Positions 61,850 through 64,000 of a stretch of DNA of 64,000 nucleotides are shown here, piece by piece; within the stretch, counting starts at the first letter, position 1, and every line of letters starts with the position of its first letter. A model generated the notes under the pieces. That model ran no database searches and was not told the origin of the DNA. It saw only the letters and a program-made list of their open reading frames with translations. Made by a program: the position numbers and the translations under genes. The stretch comes from Saccostrea echinata (taxonomy: Eukaryota), in assembly GCF_033153115.1 (NCBI RefSeq), contig NW_026889774.1:8122001-8186000 (forward strand), written 5' to 3'.

Positions 61850-63213
61850 GCACACATCAATTTAGTATTCAAAAGTTTACATGGGGGGGGGGGGTGAATT
61901 TTAAAATACCTGAGGATGCTTCAATATCAATATAACAAATGGCTTTGTTATTCTTGAGCAGAAGATTTTTAAAGATTTTTTCCTATATATTCCTTTGTAA
62001 AAATTTGATACCCCTTTGTGGCTCCTCCCTACCCCCAGGGGTAATCATTTGAACAAACTTTAATCTACACTACCCGAAGATGCTTCCATATCAATATGAC
62101 TAAACATGGCTTTGCTGTTCTTGAGACAAAGATTTTTTTCCTTTACATTCCTATGTCAAACTTTGATCCCCCATTTTGACCCCACCCTACCCCAGGGGTC
62201 ATGATTTGAACAAATTTGAATCTACAATACCTGAGAATGCTTCCATATCAATATGACTAAACATGGCTTTGCTGTTCTTGAGAAGAGGATTTTTCAAGGT
62301 TTTTCCTATATATTCCTATGTAAAACTTTGACCCCCCCTCCCCCCTTGTGACCCCACTTTACCCCCGGGGGACATGATTTGAACAAACTTGAATCTACAC
62401 TACCTGAGGATGCTTACTTACCCCACCTCTGTTGATTTTTCGATGAAATCCTGGCTTACGATTGGTTGAAGTCTGTCACGTGAAGGGGGTGTATTACTTA
62501 TACCTAGTCGCTTGAAAATCGATACATGGTCGATATGGAGTTATCGTTCTTTTGTAACGTTCGAACTAGTCGAGTTCACGCGATTTGCCGATTGTCTGTT
62601 AACAATTTAACAGTTAAGTAATGTAAGTAACGAAGATGGAACCTTTTCCTCCCTCTACTGAGAGTCTTCAAAACTGTCAGTACAGCACGAAATACTCGCA
62701 AAACAACATTACGTCACATAACGTGACGTCATAATAGGCATTGTATGAGTGATGAAACATATAATTATGTAGGCCTAGTGAGAAAAACAATTTTACAAAC
62801 CACAAGCAATGCATAAATATTTTATCGGTGGGGTAAATTCGTTACATAGTTTTGTAGTGACAGGGTACGGGATGATACCTGGGTAGTAAATTTCATACCT
62901 GGCGAGGCGAAGCCTGTCACTACAAAACTATGTAACTAATAATATCAATATGACAAATCATGGCTTTGCTGTTCTTGAGAAGAAGATTTTTTAAAGATTT
63001 TTTCCTATATATTTCTATGTAAAACTTTGATCCCCCATTGTGACCCCACCCTACCCCCAGGGGTCATGATTTAAACAAACTTGAATCTACACTAAATAAC
63101 AAAGGTTTCCTATAAGTTTCAACTTTTTTGGGCCAGTGGTTCTTGAGAAGAAGATTTTTAAAGTATGCCACCAAATTTTCACTATTTCTGAATTATCTCC
63201 CCTTGAAAGAGGG

Positions 63214-63267
<54 letters not shown>

Positions 63268-63374
63268 GCAAGTTTGGTTGAAATTGGACCAGTGGTTCTG
63301 GAGAAGAAGTCGAAAATGTGAAAAGTTTACAGACAGACGGACAGACAGACGGACAGACGGATTACAGACAAAAT

Positions 63375-63418
<44 letters not shown>

Positions 63419-63420
63419 TA
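60822..63420 (+). mobile_element. Two nested HINE/pearl-like elements with 166-bp satellite arrays (inner copy ~60870-61846)
   Basis: Two 5' ends (AACAA[A/G]AGGCCC...ATCGCTCACCT) and two 3' hairpin ends (AGCTCACTTGAGC..C.GCTCAGGTGAGCT at ~61815 and ~63387). Unit spacing is 166 bp (61154, 61320, 61486). Confidence 0.85.
62417..62940. mobile_element. Hairpin-terminated element inserted into a satellite unit
   Basis: IR TTACCCCACC / GGTGGGGTAA; 24-bp stem GTTACATAGTTTTGTAGTGACAGG / CCTGTCACTACAAAACTATGTAAC with GGCGAGGCGAAGCC inside; the satellite resumes at ~62941. Confidence 0.65.
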
Positions 63421-64000
63421 AAAAAGTTGGGCTTGTAGCTAAACCAAACTGTTCAGCCGTATTGCTGTGGCCATACTCTGTCTGAAACCTTTTTAATCGA
63501 TATTTGCGGTGTTGTGTGGTCAGAGGAATGGCGACAATTCCAGCATTCTGTAGTCAATTGCAAACGGTCTTGTTTTAAAGTCTGTGCAGTTCAGGGATAG
63601 CTAATGCTGTATAGACGACGTTATTGTGGAACATTGATGAAGATTACGCAAACCAATACACCCTTGGCTGCTGATGTCACGCGTGGTCTGCCATATTGTT
63701 TTACCACGCTGTTGGTATCTGTTTTATAAGTTAGATACGGTGCTTTGTGCAAACATTAAAACCTCTTGCAATTTTAGACTGTAGTACAGCGGCCAGTCGC
63801 CCAATTTCGGGAGAAAAAAATATTATAAATCATATTCATTTAAAAAAAATGGTATGATAAAATTATTATATATAATTCAACGTATTATTCCTATTATGCG
63901 TTTCTTTTTGTGTCGCCTGCAGAGCAGAGCGGCACAAAGGGATCACTTTACCCGGCGTCTTTCTGTCCGTCTGTCACACCTTGTATCTCAAGAACTGTAA

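Larger units (their letters stand above)
60160..63915 (-). mobile_element. Decayed Tc1-like transposon split by nested insertions
   Basis: N-terminal relic GRPRVTS near 63670-63695; DDE-region relic (DES, RFGGGCVMMW, FQ..N..PH, SPDLNPIE) at ~60460-60820. Ends are approximate. Confidence 0.65.

Noticed and set aside
56000-64000. 5' KS exons of the PKS
   Set aside because: I found no IAIVG/DPQQR/GVYIG-type exon by eye; they probably lie beyond the window.

Overview
AT-rich, intron-containing eukaryotic DNA. The repeat content (about 166-bp satellite arrays inside Helentron-type elements, tRNA-derived SINEs) and an HSPA12 gene point to a bivalve, probably an oyster; this is inference. There are three host genes: the last exon of a vanin/biotinidase-family amidohydrolase (+, 207-1490), a complete 4-coding-exon HSPA12-type HSP70 (-, 18677-22250), and most of a large spliced type I polyketide synthase (-, 34823-55987; its 5' KS exons were not found and probably lie beyond the window). 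The PKS is the main highlight. It reads KS-AT-DH-(degenerate ER)-KR-ACP, has no thioesterase, continues into an NRPS-type condensation-like domain lacking the HHxxxDG histidines, and ends in two small exons encoding an apparent PH-like domain. The window also holds an apparently intact Ngaro-type tyrosine-recombinase retrotransposon (4255-10261) with split direct repeats and a visible 7-bp crossover core. Several sequence-unrelated elements share a long terminal hairpin capped by a (C)GAGGCGAAGCCGAG-type apex. The rest is heavily nested MITEs, Helentron/satellite elements, SINEs and LINE/Penelope/Tc1 relics. All coordinates and domain calls were made by eye, with no database searches.
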